From a virus, in the IMG/VR virus record IMGVR_UViG_3300045988_119030, positions 1 to 21,410 of that record: a DNA stretch of 21,410 nt, one strand, 5' to 3'. Each line of letters begins with the position of its first letter. The stretch's first letter is position 1. This document shows, piece by piece, positions 1 to 5,930 of this stretch. Both the position numbers and the translations under genes were made by a program. The notes under the pieces were generated by a model. The model saw nothing but the letters and a program-made list of their open reading frames with translations, did not search any database and had not been told where the DNA came from.

Positions 1-30
1 TTTAATTTTCCCCTTTCATTTGATACGTTA

Positions 31-59
31 AGTATAGCAGAATAAAAGGCTTTTGTCAA
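31..59 (-). promoter_or_regulatory. sigma-A type promoter TTGACA-N17-TGcTATACT. Drives a leftward gene whose start lies beyond the left edge of the window.
   Basis: Minus strand reads gggcTTGACAaaagccttttattcTGcTATACT, followed by RBS GAAAGGGGA at the window edge. The -35 sits in a small hairpin GGCTT/AAGCC. Confidence 0.55.
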
Positions 60-64
60 GCCCT

Positions 65-538
65 TTATTCAAGATTTTTGCTTTCCGCGACAAAATATTT
101 TGCTTCATACTGATTGGCGATAGCCTTGACTTTTGCGCTTTCCTTTTGGGTCGCGCAGTAAAAATTGAAAAGCGTATGCTTATCGCTCAATTCAATGTAA
201 GAATGTGGAACGTCATGCAAATCAAAATCAATGGTGTTAGTGTATTTTGTCGGGACGGTAAGCTCGACTTTCCATAATTTATCTTTGCGGGCTTTCTCTT
301 CAATCCATTTGACAAGGTAAACGCCTATGAAATTACAAACGGCAGTAATAGCCATTTTTAACCAAATAGGCATACCGTCCGCGGAAGTCAGCACAATCAC
401 ATAGGAATAAAAACCATAAGTGATAGCGTTGATAAGAGACGCGCTAACTTTTCCGCCGTTGACAGTCAAAATGCTTTTGATAGTTGACAGAATCACATTC
501 ACCGCCGTGCAAAGCGCGAACAGAAGAATTGTATTCAT
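65..538 (-). CDS. early membrane protein. N-terminal ~3 TM helices; the ORF-track start at 547 is GTG and the ATG at 538 is the likelier start
   Basis: Intact ORF. RBS AGGAAAGGGTGA 9 nt upstream of the ATG. Hydrophobic N-terminal segments. Own promoter at 568-596. Confidence 0.6.
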   Translation of the reverse strand: MNTILLFALCTAVNVILSTIKSILTVNGGKVSASLINAITYGFYSYVIVLTSADGMPIWLKMAITAVCNFIGVYLVKWIEEKARKDKLWKVELTVPTKYTNTIDFDLHDVPHSYIELSDKHTLFNFYCATQKESAKVKAIANQYEAKYFVAESKNLE

Positions 539-567
539 TATTATCACCCTTTCCTTTTTCTATTATA

Positions 568-596
568 ATAATATCATATTATAATAGAAATGTCAA
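568..596 (-). promoter_or_regulatory. promoter TTGACA-N17-TGaTATTAT for gene 65-538
   Basis: Minus strand reads ctctctaTTGACAtttctattataatatgaTATTAT. AT-rich UP-like region upstream. Confidence 0.5.
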
Positions 597-762
597 TAGA
601 GAGTTTTTAATTTACTCTTTTAATTTTTCTAATAGGTCATCAGCACATTCATAGCTGATGCTTCTGCGGCCGCACTCATTGGACAAAGGACAACAAGCGC
701 AGTCGTTAAAGGTTTCCGTCCAAGCGCGCAACCACTCAATTAAACATAAAACATTAACTCTT

Positions 763-1107
763 TCACCCATTATTATCATTCTCCTTTACTCGGACAAAAA
801 AGACCTTGTTATAGATTTTCGTTGCTTTGGGGTCAATCCAGAAATACACATTACCGCATACTCGATAGATTTTACAAGTTTCTTCACTAACCTTTTTGAC
901 TTCTTCAAATTTCTCTGGCGTGGTGGGGTGGAAAACCGTCAGTTTGAGGAATATGCAATAGAAAGCCAAAGGAACGAAGCCGATAATCATAGCAATCCAT
1001 GCGAGAACATCAGTTAAAGTGTTTTCCCAATCACACCACTCATCGGTGATTGTAGCGAACGCAATACCCACGCAGAACGCGAGAATCAACCAATACCATG
1101 CCACCAT
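763..1107 (-). CDS. early small membrane protein (2 predicted TM helices, 114 aa)
   Basis: ORF with strong RBS AAAGGGGGAAT-N6-ATG. Hydrophobic stretches. Preferred over the overlapping plus ORF 658-1017 because of the RBS and same-strand operon context. Confidence 0.6.
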   Translation of the reverse strand: MVAWYWLILAFCVGIAFATITDEWCDWENTLTDVLAWIAMIIGFVPLAFYCIFLKLTVFHPTTPEKFEEVKKVSEETCKIYRVCGNVYFWIDPKATKIYNKVFFVRVKENDNNG

Positions 1108-1137
1108 TATTTTATTCCCCCTTTATTTGTTGTATAC

Positions 1138-1166
1138 ATATTACCACATTATAGGATTTTTGTCTA
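1138..1166 (-). promoter_or_regulatory. proximal promoter TAGACA-N17-TGgTAATAT for 763-1107
   Basis: Minus strand reads aaTAGACAaaaatcctataatgtggTAATAT. Confidence 0.4.
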
Positions 1167-1226
1167 TTGGTATTTTACACAAAAATTCGTGCGAAAATTT
1201 GTTGAATCTACCTCTTGACAAAAAAC

Positions 1227-1255
1227 TCGGCGCGCCACAATCGTCCGCGCGCCGA
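1227..1255 (-). promoter_or_regulatory. GC-rich hairpin (TCGGCGCGC-N11-GCGCGCCGA) with a minus-strand U-tract, sitting between tandem promoters in the leader of 763-1107. Terminator or attenuator-like.
   Basis: aaaaaacTCGGCGCGCcacaatcgtccGCGCGCCGAcaatttt. Same AAAACTCGGCGCG lead-in as hairpin 6073-6097. Confidence 0.45.
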
Positions 1256-1257
1256 CA

Positions 1258-1286
1258 ATTTTATCACATTCAAGGAACTTTGTCAA
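1258..1286 (-). promoter_or_regulatory. promoter TTGACA-N17-TAAAAT (distal promoter for 763-1107). Its start site falls at the base of GC hairpin 1227-1255.
   Basis: Minus strand reads cactaTTGACAaagttccttgaatgtgaTAAAAT. Confidence 0.45.
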
Positions 1287-1299
1287 TAGTGAAAGTAAA

Positions 1300-1326
1300 C
1301 AAAAAAAATCACCCAATTTGGGTGAT
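1300..1326 (-). terminator. rho-independent terminator after 1334-1507
   Basis: Stem ATCACCCAA/TTGGGTGAT, then T8 on the minus strand. Confidence 0.65.
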
Positions 1327-1333
1327 TTTTCAT

Positions 1334-1507
1334 TTAGTTTTCTACGGCTTCGAGGTCGACGAGGATGGGAACGAGCTTGTCTTCAAGAAGCGAAACACGT
1401 TCAAGCATTTCGTCCATTTCATCAGGGGAAAAATGCTTCTGAATACCATAGCGCGCCATCGCGCAAACTTTTACAACAACCTCGCTGAGCTTTTCCTTAT
1501 TTTCCAT
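1334..1507 (-). CDS. hypothetical small acidic protein. The ATG at 1507 has RBS GGAGAT-N7; the ORF-track start at 1522 is also possible.
   Basis: ORF plus RBS. The terminator at 1300-1326 follows immediately downstream. Confidence 0.5.
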   Translation of the reverse strand: MENKEKLSEVVVKVCAMARYGIQKHFSPDEMDEMLERVSLLEDKLVPILVDLEAVEN

Positions 1508-1618
1508 TTTTCTTATCTCCATTCAATTTATTTTTTGGAAAGGGTGGCGGTTGTTTCAGGCACAACCGCCAAAGCCATAGGAAAGGGGGAGAAAAACACG
1601 AACAAAAGTTCGGTTTTG

Positions 1619-1858
1619 TCAAGGGATAATCAGTTCTGCGTCATAGACAGGCCGAACCATGCAGGGCGAGCCAAAGCAGTCGAGATTGTAAGTGTCCAAA
1701 TTGAGAGCGTTCCATTCTTCTGCGCCGGTATCTTCATCAACCACAGTCGCGATTTTGATGTAATAGACGTTTCCAGAAGCGGGGTCTTGAAAAATCATAC
1801 CCTCGGGAAGGTCTTCAAATGCAACCATTTTGTTGCTATGCTTAACAGTAATTTTCAT
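1619..1858 (-). CDS. hypothetical protein (~79 aa). The track start at 1867 is GTG; the ATG at 1858 has RBS AAAGGGTGA.
   Basis: ORF. The TGA stop of upstream gene 1864-2217 lies inside this RBS (translational coupling). Confidence 0.55.
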   Translation of the reverse strand: MKITVKHSNKMVAFEDLPEGMIFQDPASGNVYYIKIATVVDEDTGAEEWNALNLDTYNLDCFGSPCMVRPVYDAELIIP

Positions 1859-1863
1859 TTCGT

Positions 1864-2217
1864 TCACCCTTTATAATAGTATTTGTAAGCCCATTCGATA
1901 ATTTCATGGCTTGTGGTAGTCCATTCTTCTTTGGGACTATCGAACTTTTCCGCATACTTTTTGATGTAGTTATTATACTCCATGCGTGCGGTGTCGTATG
2001 CTCCAATAGCCACAATTAAAGCGTGCTTCGCTTCTTCGGCATCAGAGACGGCTTTCTTGCGGTCGGGGCAGTCAGGATAGAGGTTAATCACCCCTACGCG
2101 CGTAATGACTTGCCTTGTCTTTTCATAAAGGCGGTCGCGCGTTTCCCATACTTCATAAAGCTCATCGTCCGCGCGTTTTTCATATGGGTTGAAAGGCTTC
2201 TTTTTCTTACCGAACAT
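1864..2217 (-). CDS. hypothetical protein (~117 aa, starting MFGKKKK...). The long N-terminal extension in the ORF track (to 2469) is probably not translated.
   Basis: RBS AAAGGAG-N10-ATG at 2217. The ATG overlaps the TAA stop of upstream gene 2207-2545 (ATGTTCGGTAA). Confidence 0.5.
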   Translation of the reverse strand: MFGKKKKPFNPYEKRADDELYEVWETRDRLYEKTRQVITRVGVINLYPDCPDRKKAVSDAEEAKHALIVAIGAYDTARMEYNNYIKKYAEKFDSPKEEWTTTSHEIIEWAYKYYYKG

Positions 2218-2545
2218 TTTTCTTTTTCTCCTTTTCTTGCTTATTCCACATTCTATCAAAGAACGCATTTGCGAGGACACGCTTGTAAAGGTTGTCAGGC
2301 ATGGGGCGCTCGCCGTGCTTGTTTCTCCATATCGCGGTGATTTTATCAATATCCGCGATATAGGCTGTAATGAGTGTGCCATCGGAAGCGCTACGAACGA
2401 GAAGAACACCTGTTGTAGTGATAGTGTAGAGAATATCGTCCTCAACGCTGTCGATATATGGTTCGCCAATTCCTACATTATCGTAGATGAAGAGCAGGCG
2501 GTCAATGCGGTCTTGCGTGGCATGTTTTGACATTTTGATAAGCAT
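2207..2545 (-). CDS. hypothetical protein (~112 aa, starting MLIKMSKH...)
   Basis: RBS AAAGAGGT-N7-ATG at 2545. Promoter at 2583-2611 immediately upstream. Confidence 0.55.
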   Translation of the reverse strand: MLIKMSKHATQDRIDRLLFIYDNVGIGEPYIDSVEDDILYTITTTGVLLVRSASDGTLITAYIADIDKITAIWRNKHGERPMPDNLYKRVLANAFFDRMWNKQEKEKKKNVR

Positions 2546-2582
2546 TTGTTTTACCTCTTTCTTTTCCTCTTGGATTGATTGT

Positions 2583-2611
2583 ATTATACCATATGGGGAG
2601 GGGCTTGTCAA
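2583..2611 (-). promoter_or_regulatory. promoter TTGACA-N17-TGgTATAAT for 2207-2545. The -35 lies at the centre of palindrome GGGGCTTGTCAAGCCCC (2600-2616).
   Basis: Minus strand reads aggggcTTGACAagcccctccccatatggTATAAT. Confidence 0.6.
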
Positions 2612-2617
2612 GCCCCT

Positions 2618-2767
2618 TTAATACAATTGTTCCCCATCGTGGTAGCGCTCATATTCCGCTTCAAGGAAGTCGAGAATAGTTTCAAAGTCGTCTGCGTCTG
2701 CGGGGTCGGCAAAGACCTTTTCAAAGACTTCGTTAGTGTGCCAATTGTGAACTCGAACAATATCCAT
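2618..2767 (-). CDS. small acidic protein, 49 aa (MDIVRVHNWHTNEVFEKVFADPADADDFETILDFLEAEYERYHDGEQLY). Not in the ORF track because under 60 aa.
   Basis: RBS AAGAAAGAGGTAAG-N-ATG. Sits between promoter 2798-2826 and the terminator/promoter palindrome at 2600-2616. Confidence 0.5.
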   Translation of the reverse strand: MDIVRVHNWHTNEVFEKVFADPADADDFETILDFLEAEYERYHDGEQLY

Positions 2768-2797
2768 TTTACTTACCTCTTTCTTGATTGTATATGT

Positions 2798-2826
2798 ATT
2801 ATATCATGCGAAAGGGCTTTTGTCAA
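2798..2826 (-). promoter_or_regulatory. promoter TTGACA-N17-TATAAT for small gene 2618-2767. The -35 is inside hairpin AAGGGCTT/AAGCCCTT (2813-2833).
   Basis: Minus strand reads aaagggcTTGACAaaagccctttcgcatgaTATAAT. Confidence 0.6.
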
Positions 2827-2844
2827 GCCCTTTTTCTTATTTTT

Positions 2845-3200
2845 TTATTCTTTTTCTCGAATGGAATAATAAACCTTATTCCCTCGCGGTCTGCGTTTGA
2901 GTTTATGGTCGAGGTATAACTGCATACAATACCAAGTGAATTTGCCGTTGGCATACTCATAGCCATACTTTTTGAATGCCATAAACTGCATTTCAGTCGG
3001 CGTGATAGGTCTGCCCGCCTCATTCAGCAGTTCAAAGACGAGTTTAATCATCTGCTGTTTTTTCCATTCGCGTTCCTCGCGGTCGGCTTTTAAGTCTCTT
3101 TCATACTTGTCGCAAGCGTGTTCCGCGATACTCAGATCAATGGGCGAGAGAGCGCCGACGCGATGGCCTTTTTCAAAACTTCATAAATATCCTTATTCAT
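2845..3200 (-). CDS. hypothetical protein with an apparent -1 frameshift at an A5 run (plus-strand T5 at 3169-3173). The upstream frame gives MNKDIYEVLKK..., the downstream frame continues GHRVGALSPIDL...MIKLVFELL...SIREKE (~118 aa if joined).
   Basis: RBS AAAGGAAAGGGG-N7-ATG at 3200 and promoter at 3231-3259 serve the 5' frame. The long 3' frame has no start or RBS of its own. The two frames join cleanly at G_AAA_AAG. Confidence 0.45.
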
Positions 3201-3230
3201 TGTAGTTCCCCTTTCCTTTACTATACCTGT

Positions 3231-3259
3231 ATTATATCATCTACTTCTGGATTTGTCAA
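3231..3259 (-). promoter_or_regulatory. promoter TTGACA-N17-TATAAT for 2845-3200
   Basis: Minus strand reads aaaagcccTTGACAaatccagaagtagatgaTATAAT. Preceded by terminator 3273-3297. Confidence 0.6.
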
Positions 3260-3272
3260 GGGCTTTTTGGAA

Positions 3273-3297
3273 AAAGAGGGAAAAATTTTCCCTCTTT
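3273..3297 (-). terminator. rho-independent terminator after 3300-3572
   Basis: Stem AGAGGGAAAA/TTTTCCCTCT, then T5. Confidence 0.6.
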
Positions 3298-3299
3298 AT

Positions 3300-3572
3300 T
3301 TATCCCCAATAGACCGAAAGAACGTTGTCAATGTAGCTGGCTTTATAACCATAATTCTGCATGATATCTTTGCAAGCCTGCCTGACCTTCTTGTCATTTA
3401 ATGAAGCAAGATTACACTCGTAAAGTGTTTCGCCCGTTCCTGCCACTCGCTCAATTTCTGGCATGATGTGGTCTTCGATGAACGCCCGCGCGAGGGCATT
3501 ATTTTTAGCTTGAATTTCTTTGCGAACTTCTTCGGCTTTGCGCGTCATTTCATAAGCATATTTAATTTCCAT
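3300..3572 (-). CDS. hypothetical protein (90 aa)
   Basis: ORF. RBS AAAGGAAAGGGAGAT. Promoter at 3605-3633 embedded in a terminator palindrome. Confidence 0.6.
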   Translation of the reverse strand: MEIKYAYEMTRKAEEVRKEIQAKNNALARAFIEDHIMPEIERVAGTGETLYECNLASLNDKKVRQACKDIMQNYGYKASYIDNVLSVYWG

Positions 3573-3604
3573 GTTGTTATCTCCCTTTCCTTTATTGTAT
3601 CTTT

Positions 3605-3633
3605 ATTATAGCATAGAGGGCTTGTTTTGTCAA
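3605..3633 (-). promoter_or_regulatory. promoter TTGACA-N17-TGcTATAAT for 3300-3572. The -35 is inside hairpin AGAGGGCTTG/CAAGCCCTCT (3617-3642).
   Basis: Minus strand reads agagggcTTGACAaaacaagccctctatgcTATAAT. Confidence 0.6.
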
Positions 3634-3651
3634 GCCCTCTATTTAATTTTT

Positions 3652-3960
3652 TTAGCAGTAGGCCAGATTCCCGCGCGCCCAGCCATATACGCTGATTTGA
3701 TTGCACGCCTTGCCGATTTCAAGCGCCTGCTTCTTGGTCTGCACCCTCTTGGACTTGTCAACATAATAAATGCCGTTCGCAAGCCACACACCGCAGTTTC
3801 CGCCGAAGTCCTTAACCGCGTTGATAGCTTCGCGGGCGGTCTTACATTCAACGCCGTTGGTAGCGACCTGCCAGCCGGACTTGTAGTTGACTTTCTTGCC
3901 ATATTTGAGGGTCATGCCGTCGTTTTCAACGAGCTTACGAATAGAACGAATGTTAATCAT
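3652..3960 (-). CDS. hypothetical protein (~102 aa, starting MINIRSIRKL...). The ORF-track N-terminal extension to 4122 is probably 5' leader.
   Basis: RBS AAAGGGAT-N7-ATG at 3960. Two promoters lie upstream in the leader, at 4012-4040 and 4132-4160. Confidence 0.5.
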   Translation of the reverse strand: MINIRSIRKLVENDGMTLKYGKKVNYKSGWQVATNGVECKTAREAINAVKDFGGNCGVWLANGIYYVDKSKRVQTKKQALEIGKACNQISVYGWARGNLAYC

Positions 3961-4011
3961 GTTGTTATCCCTTTCCGGTTTGGTAGGTTTTCCTTCCCTT
4001 ACTGTGATTAT

Positions 4012-4040
4012 AGTATAGCACCGATTCGGGATTCTGTCTA
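4012..4040 (-). promoter_or_regulatory. proximal promoter TAGACA-N17-TGcTATACT for 3652-3960
   Basis: Minus strand reads aaTAGACAgaatcccgaatcggTGcTATACT. Confidence 0.45.
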
Positions 4041-4101
4041 TTGACATTATGCACAAACTTTCGCCATAAAAATTGTTGAACTTGCCTATTGACACAAAAT
4101 T

Positions 4102-4128
4102 CCGGCCGTGCCTGGCGTGCACGGCCGG
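4102..4128 (-). promoter_or_regulatory. GC-rich hairpin (CCGGCCGTGC-N7-GCACGGCCGG) between tandem promoters in the leader of 3652-3960
   Basis: Perfect 10-bp stem. Sits directly after the -10 of promoter 4132-4160. Confidence 0.45.
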
Positions 4129-4131
4129 CCG

Positions 4132-4160
4132 ATTATATCATAAAGTTTTGAAATTGTCAA
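4132..4160 (-). promoter_or_regulatory. distal promoter TTGACA-N17-TgaTATAAT for 3652-3960. GC hairpin 4102-4128 sits immediately downstream.
   Basis: Minus strand reads gcctaTTGACAatttcaaaactttatgaTATAAT. Preceded by terminator AAAAATCTCCCCAAAAATGGGGAGATTTTTTT (4168-4199). Confidence 0.5.
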
Positions 4161-4167
4161 TAGGCAA

Positions 4168-4199
4168 AATATACAAAAAAATCTCCCCATTTTTGGGGA
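4168..4199 (-). terminator. rho-independent terminator after 4225-4473
   Basis: AAAAATCTCCCCAAAAATGGGGAGATTTTTTT. Confidence 0.6.
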
Positions 4200-4224
4200 G
4201 ATTTTTAATTCAAAAAATTTAATT

Positions 4225-4473
4225 TTAGCCATCAACACAAATAATGAGAACGTCATCTTTGGCTTTCAAACCGCTGACCGGCAGTCCCAGCACCCATTCT
4301 TCACTTGCGCCCAAAACATCACCATTCAGAGTCATGCGACCTTTGCGGTCTTTGAGATAGCGACCGCAAGTGTTTTCATTTATCACTTCAATGCCGTTCC
4401 CCTCATAGAACATCAGCGCGCCCTTTACCAGACCAATCACATTTTTAACCATGCCCAAAGTCATTTTTGTCAA
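4225..4473 (-). CDS. hypothetical small beta-rich protein (82 aa). By eye it weakly resembles EutN/CcmL-family barrel proteins (…GASEEWVLGLPVSGLKA…). Unverified.
   Basis: ORF. RBS GAAAGAAG. Promoter at 4514-4542. Terminator at 4564-4597 upstream. Confidence 0.55.
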   Translation of the reverse strand: MTKMTLGMVKNVIGLVKGALMFYEGNGIEVINENTCGRYLKDRKGRMTLNGDVLGASEEWVLGLPVSGLKAKDDVLIICVDG

Positions 4474-4513
4474 CTTCTTTCGTCTTTAATATCGTTCCTC
4501 TTGGAACAATTAT

Positions 4514-4542
4514 AGTATAGCACAAGGTATAACAAAAATCAA
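4514..4542 (-). promoter_or_regulatory. promoter TTGATT-N17-TGcTATACT for 4225-4473
   Basis: Minus strand reads cctaTTGATTtttgttataccttgTGcTATACT. Confidence 0.55.
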
Positions 4543-4563
4543 TAGGTAAAATGTATAAAAAAC

Positions 4564-4597
4564 TCGGCAGGATTTTGTGTATCCTGCCGAGTTTTTT
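4564..4597. terminator. bidirectional intrinsic terminator (A-run, stem CTCGGCAGG/CCTGCCGAG, T7). Terminates 4597-4791 on the minus strand.
   Basis: aaaaaaCTCGGCAGGattttgtgtatCCTGCCGAGttttttt. Confidence 0.65.
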
Positions 4598-4791
4598 TAC
4601 TCTTCCCAACTCTCGATGACTTCACCGGTCATTGCGTCGATAATGTCAACCGAGAGGACGTTGTCCGCGTCCATAAACTTCTGTCCGAGGGCATATGCAT
4701 TTTCCTGTCCCGCGACAGACACTTCATAGCGATAGCGATTATTATCGCCAGCTTTGTAATTGTAGTAGTTAACAGAAACAATAAATAACAT
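4597..4791 (-). CDS. hypothetical protein (64 aa)
   Basis: ORF. RBS AAAGGGGAT-N7-ATG. Promoter at 4822-4849 (TTGACA-N16-TGgTATAAT). Confidence 0.6.
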   Translation of the reverse strand: MLFIVSVNYYNYKAGDNNRYRYEVSVAGQENAYALGQKFMDADNVLSVDIIDAMTGEVIESWEE

Positions 4792-4821
4792 TTGGTTTAT
4801 CCCCTTTCTTTTTATACTCTT

Positions 4822-4849
4822 ATTATACCATAGTTTCGGGATTTGTCAA
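4822..4849 (-). promoter_or_regulatory. promoter TTGACA-N16-TGgTATAAT for 4597-4791
   Basis: Minus strand reads cctaTTGACAaatcccgaaactaTGgTATAAT. Confidence 0.6.
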
Positions 4850-4877
4850 TAGGTTTTTTGAAAAAAGTTTGAAAAAA

Positions 4878-4901
4878 GATTGGAGCATTACTGCTCCAAT
4901 C
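4878..4901 (-). terminator. terminator after 4888-5163. The stop codon is in the loop.
   Basis: GATTGGAGCA-gtaa-TGCTCCAATC, then T6 on the minus strand. Confidence 0.6.
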
Positions 4902-5163
4902 TATTCACCGGATAGTCGATTGGTTTAACCTCAATCGGCGAGTTAGCCCAGTCATAGGAAACGCGGAAAAATTCAGCACAGTGGTAACTAAAATCAGCCC
5001 AGCCAAAAGTCGCAAGATGCGATTTCCAATCTCTGAAATATGGTTCTAATTCTTGCGTGATATAGAGCGTTTCTTCGAGCCGGTCTAAAAGTTTTTCATT
5101 CTTCGCCACATGGAAAACTGCGGTGGTCTTAGTCTCAGCGTCGGTGATGATGTATGTTTTCAT
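4888..5163 (-). CDS. hypothetical protein (~91 aa, starting MKTYIITDAE...)
   Basis: RBS AAAAGGAGC-N7-ATG at 5163. Promoter at 5194-5221. The last codons plus TAA lie in the terminator hairpin at 4878-4901. Confidence 0.55.
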   Translation of the reverse strand: MKTYIITDAETKTTAVFHVAKNEKLLDRLEETLYITQELEPYFRDWKSHLATFGWADFSYHCAEFFRVSYDWANSPIEVKPIDYPVNRLEQ

Positions 5164-5193
5164 TTGAAAAGCTCCTTTTCTTTTGATACTACC

Positions 5194-5221
5194 ATTATAG
5201 CACACTTTTGGAATTTGTCAA
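5194..5221 (-). promoter_or_regulatory. promoter TTGACA-N16-TGcTATAAT for 4888-5163
   Basis: Minus strand reads ccctaTTGACAaattccaaaagtgTGcTATAAT. Confidence 0.6.
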
Positions 5222-5239
5222 TAGGGAAAATGAAAAAAA

Positions 5240-5261
5240 AGAGAAGTTTTTCAACTTCTCT
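5240..5261 (-). terminator. terminator after small peptide gene 5251-5355
   Basis: AGAGAAGTT-gaaa-AACTTCTCT flanked by an A8 / T8 run. Confidence 0.6.
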
Positions 5262-5355
5262 TTTTCAGTTTCTTTTCTGCCCATTCAATGAGTGCGCCCG
5301 CGCCGATTGTCCCAAAGTAAATGAAAAGTAAAACTAAACCGTCATGCGTGCTCAT
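5251..5355 (-). CDS. small hydrophobic peptide, 34 aa (MSTHDGLVLLFIYFGTIGAGALIEWAEKKLKKRS). Single TM helix plus basic tail. Not in the ORF track.
   Basis: RBS GGAGG-N8-ATG. The ATG begins 1 nt after the TAA of upstream gene 5356-5484 (TAAATG). Its TGA stop lies inside the terminator at 5240-5261. Confidence 0.5.
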   Translation of the reverse strand: MSTHDGLVLLFIYFGTIGAGALIEWAEKKLKKRS

Positions 5356-5484
5356 TTAATATTCCTCCACATACTCTGTAAAAACAAGCTCCCAGTCAGG
5401 GCCAAGATCCGGAGCTTTGCAGTATCGCGACTGTCGAATGTCATGCTCATTAGTGATTTTGTTGATAAACTCGAATTCATACAT
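5356..5484 (-). CDS. hypothetical small protein (~42 aa, starting MYEFEFINK...)
   Basis: RBS AAAAGGAGAT-N8-ATG at 5484. Promoter at 5517-5545. Confidence 0.45.
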   Translation of the reverse strand: MYEFEFINKITNEHDIRQSRYCKAPDLGPDWELVFTEYVEEY

Positions 5485-5516
5485 TTTTATTATCTCCTTT
5501 TTTTTACTGTACCAAT

Positions 5517-5545
5517 AGTATAGCAGATAATAGGGCATTTGTCAA
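5517..5545 (-). promoter_or_regulatory. promoter TTGACA-N17-TGcTATACT for 5356-5484 and 5251-5355
   Basis: Minus strand reads ggtaTTGACAaatgccctattatcTGcTATACT. Confidence 0.55.
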
Positions 5546-5562
5546 TACCATTTATAAAAAAA

Positions 5563-5588
5563 ATGTACGAGGTTTAATCCTCGTACAT
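5563..5588 (-). terminator. terminator after 5574-5870. The stop codon is in the loop.
   Basis: ATGTACGAGG-attaaa-CCTCGTACAT, then T8 on the minus strand. Confidence 0.6.
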
Positions 5589-5870
5589 TTCCATTAACGA
5601 TTTGATTTTTTCGATTGTATTTTCAATTTCTTCTACATAGTCGGTTTGCTCCTCACTTGCGCGCATGGCCTGTTCATATGCGTCATAGATAGTTTCGCAC
5701 TGTTCACGGGTGTAGTCTTCTTCTGGAGCGTGTTCCATGGTGACGACTGCTGTCCAAGCGAGCGTTTCTTTATCGTCAAGGTCATCGGCTTTTTCCGCGG
5801 CAGTGGCAAGCTCATGTTCGAGGCGCGTCTTTTCGAGCGAGAGGGTCTTGAGAAAATCCTTATTAGTCAT
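5574..5870 (-). CDS. hypothetical acidic protein (~98 aa, starting MTNKDFLK...)
   Basis: RBS AAAAGGAGAT-N8-ATG at 5870. Promoter at 5903-5930. Stop codon in the loop of terminator 5563-5588. Confidence 0.55.
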   Translation of the reverse strand: MTNKDFLKTLSLEKTRLEHELATAAEKADDLDDKETLAWTAVVTMEHAPEEDYTREQCETIYDAYEQAMRASEEQTDYVEEIENTIEKIKSLMEMYED

Positions 5871-5902
5871 TGTGGTGTATCTCCTTTTCATTTGATGCCT
5901 TT

Positions 5903-5930
5903 ATTATACCACTTCTGGACTGAATGTCAA
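5903..5930 (-). promoter_or_regulatory. promoter TTGACA-N16-TGgTATAAT for 5574-5870
   Basis: Minus strand reads cctaTTGACAttcagtccagaagTGgTATAAT. The iteron cluster lies immediately upstream. Confidence 0.6.

Noticed and set aside
640-762. About 120-bp gap downstream of gene 763-1107 containing a CATCAGC…GCTGATG hairpin and a 37-codon Cys-containing frame
   Set aside because: No RBS for the short frame. The hairpin lacks a U-tract. Could be a weak terminator or a small RNA but the evidence is insufficient.
658-1017. Plus-strand ORF of 119 aa overlapping minus-strand gene 763-1107
   Set aside because: No RBS. Antisense to a gene with a strong RBS and membrane-protein character. All neighbouring genes are leftward.
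2023-2530. Plus-strand ORFs 2023-2340 and 2189-2530
   Set aside because: Antisense shadows of leftward genes 1864-2217 and 2207-2545. No RBS or promoter in the plus orientation.
3571-4044. Plus-strand ORF of 157 aa, and minus ORF 3639-3902 (Arg/Ser-rich, 87 aa)
   Set aside because: They overlap the well-supported leftward gene 3652-3960 in other frames. Low-complexity composition. No RBS.
4042-4094. Plus-orientation TTGACA hexamers (tctaTTGACAtt at 4042-4047, cctaTTGACAca at 4089-4094) that would point rightward (antisense)
   Set aside because: No acceptable -10 at 16-18 bp spacing on the plus strand. The second is followed directly by the GC hairpin. Probably part of the operator/promoter architecture, not independent antisense promoters.
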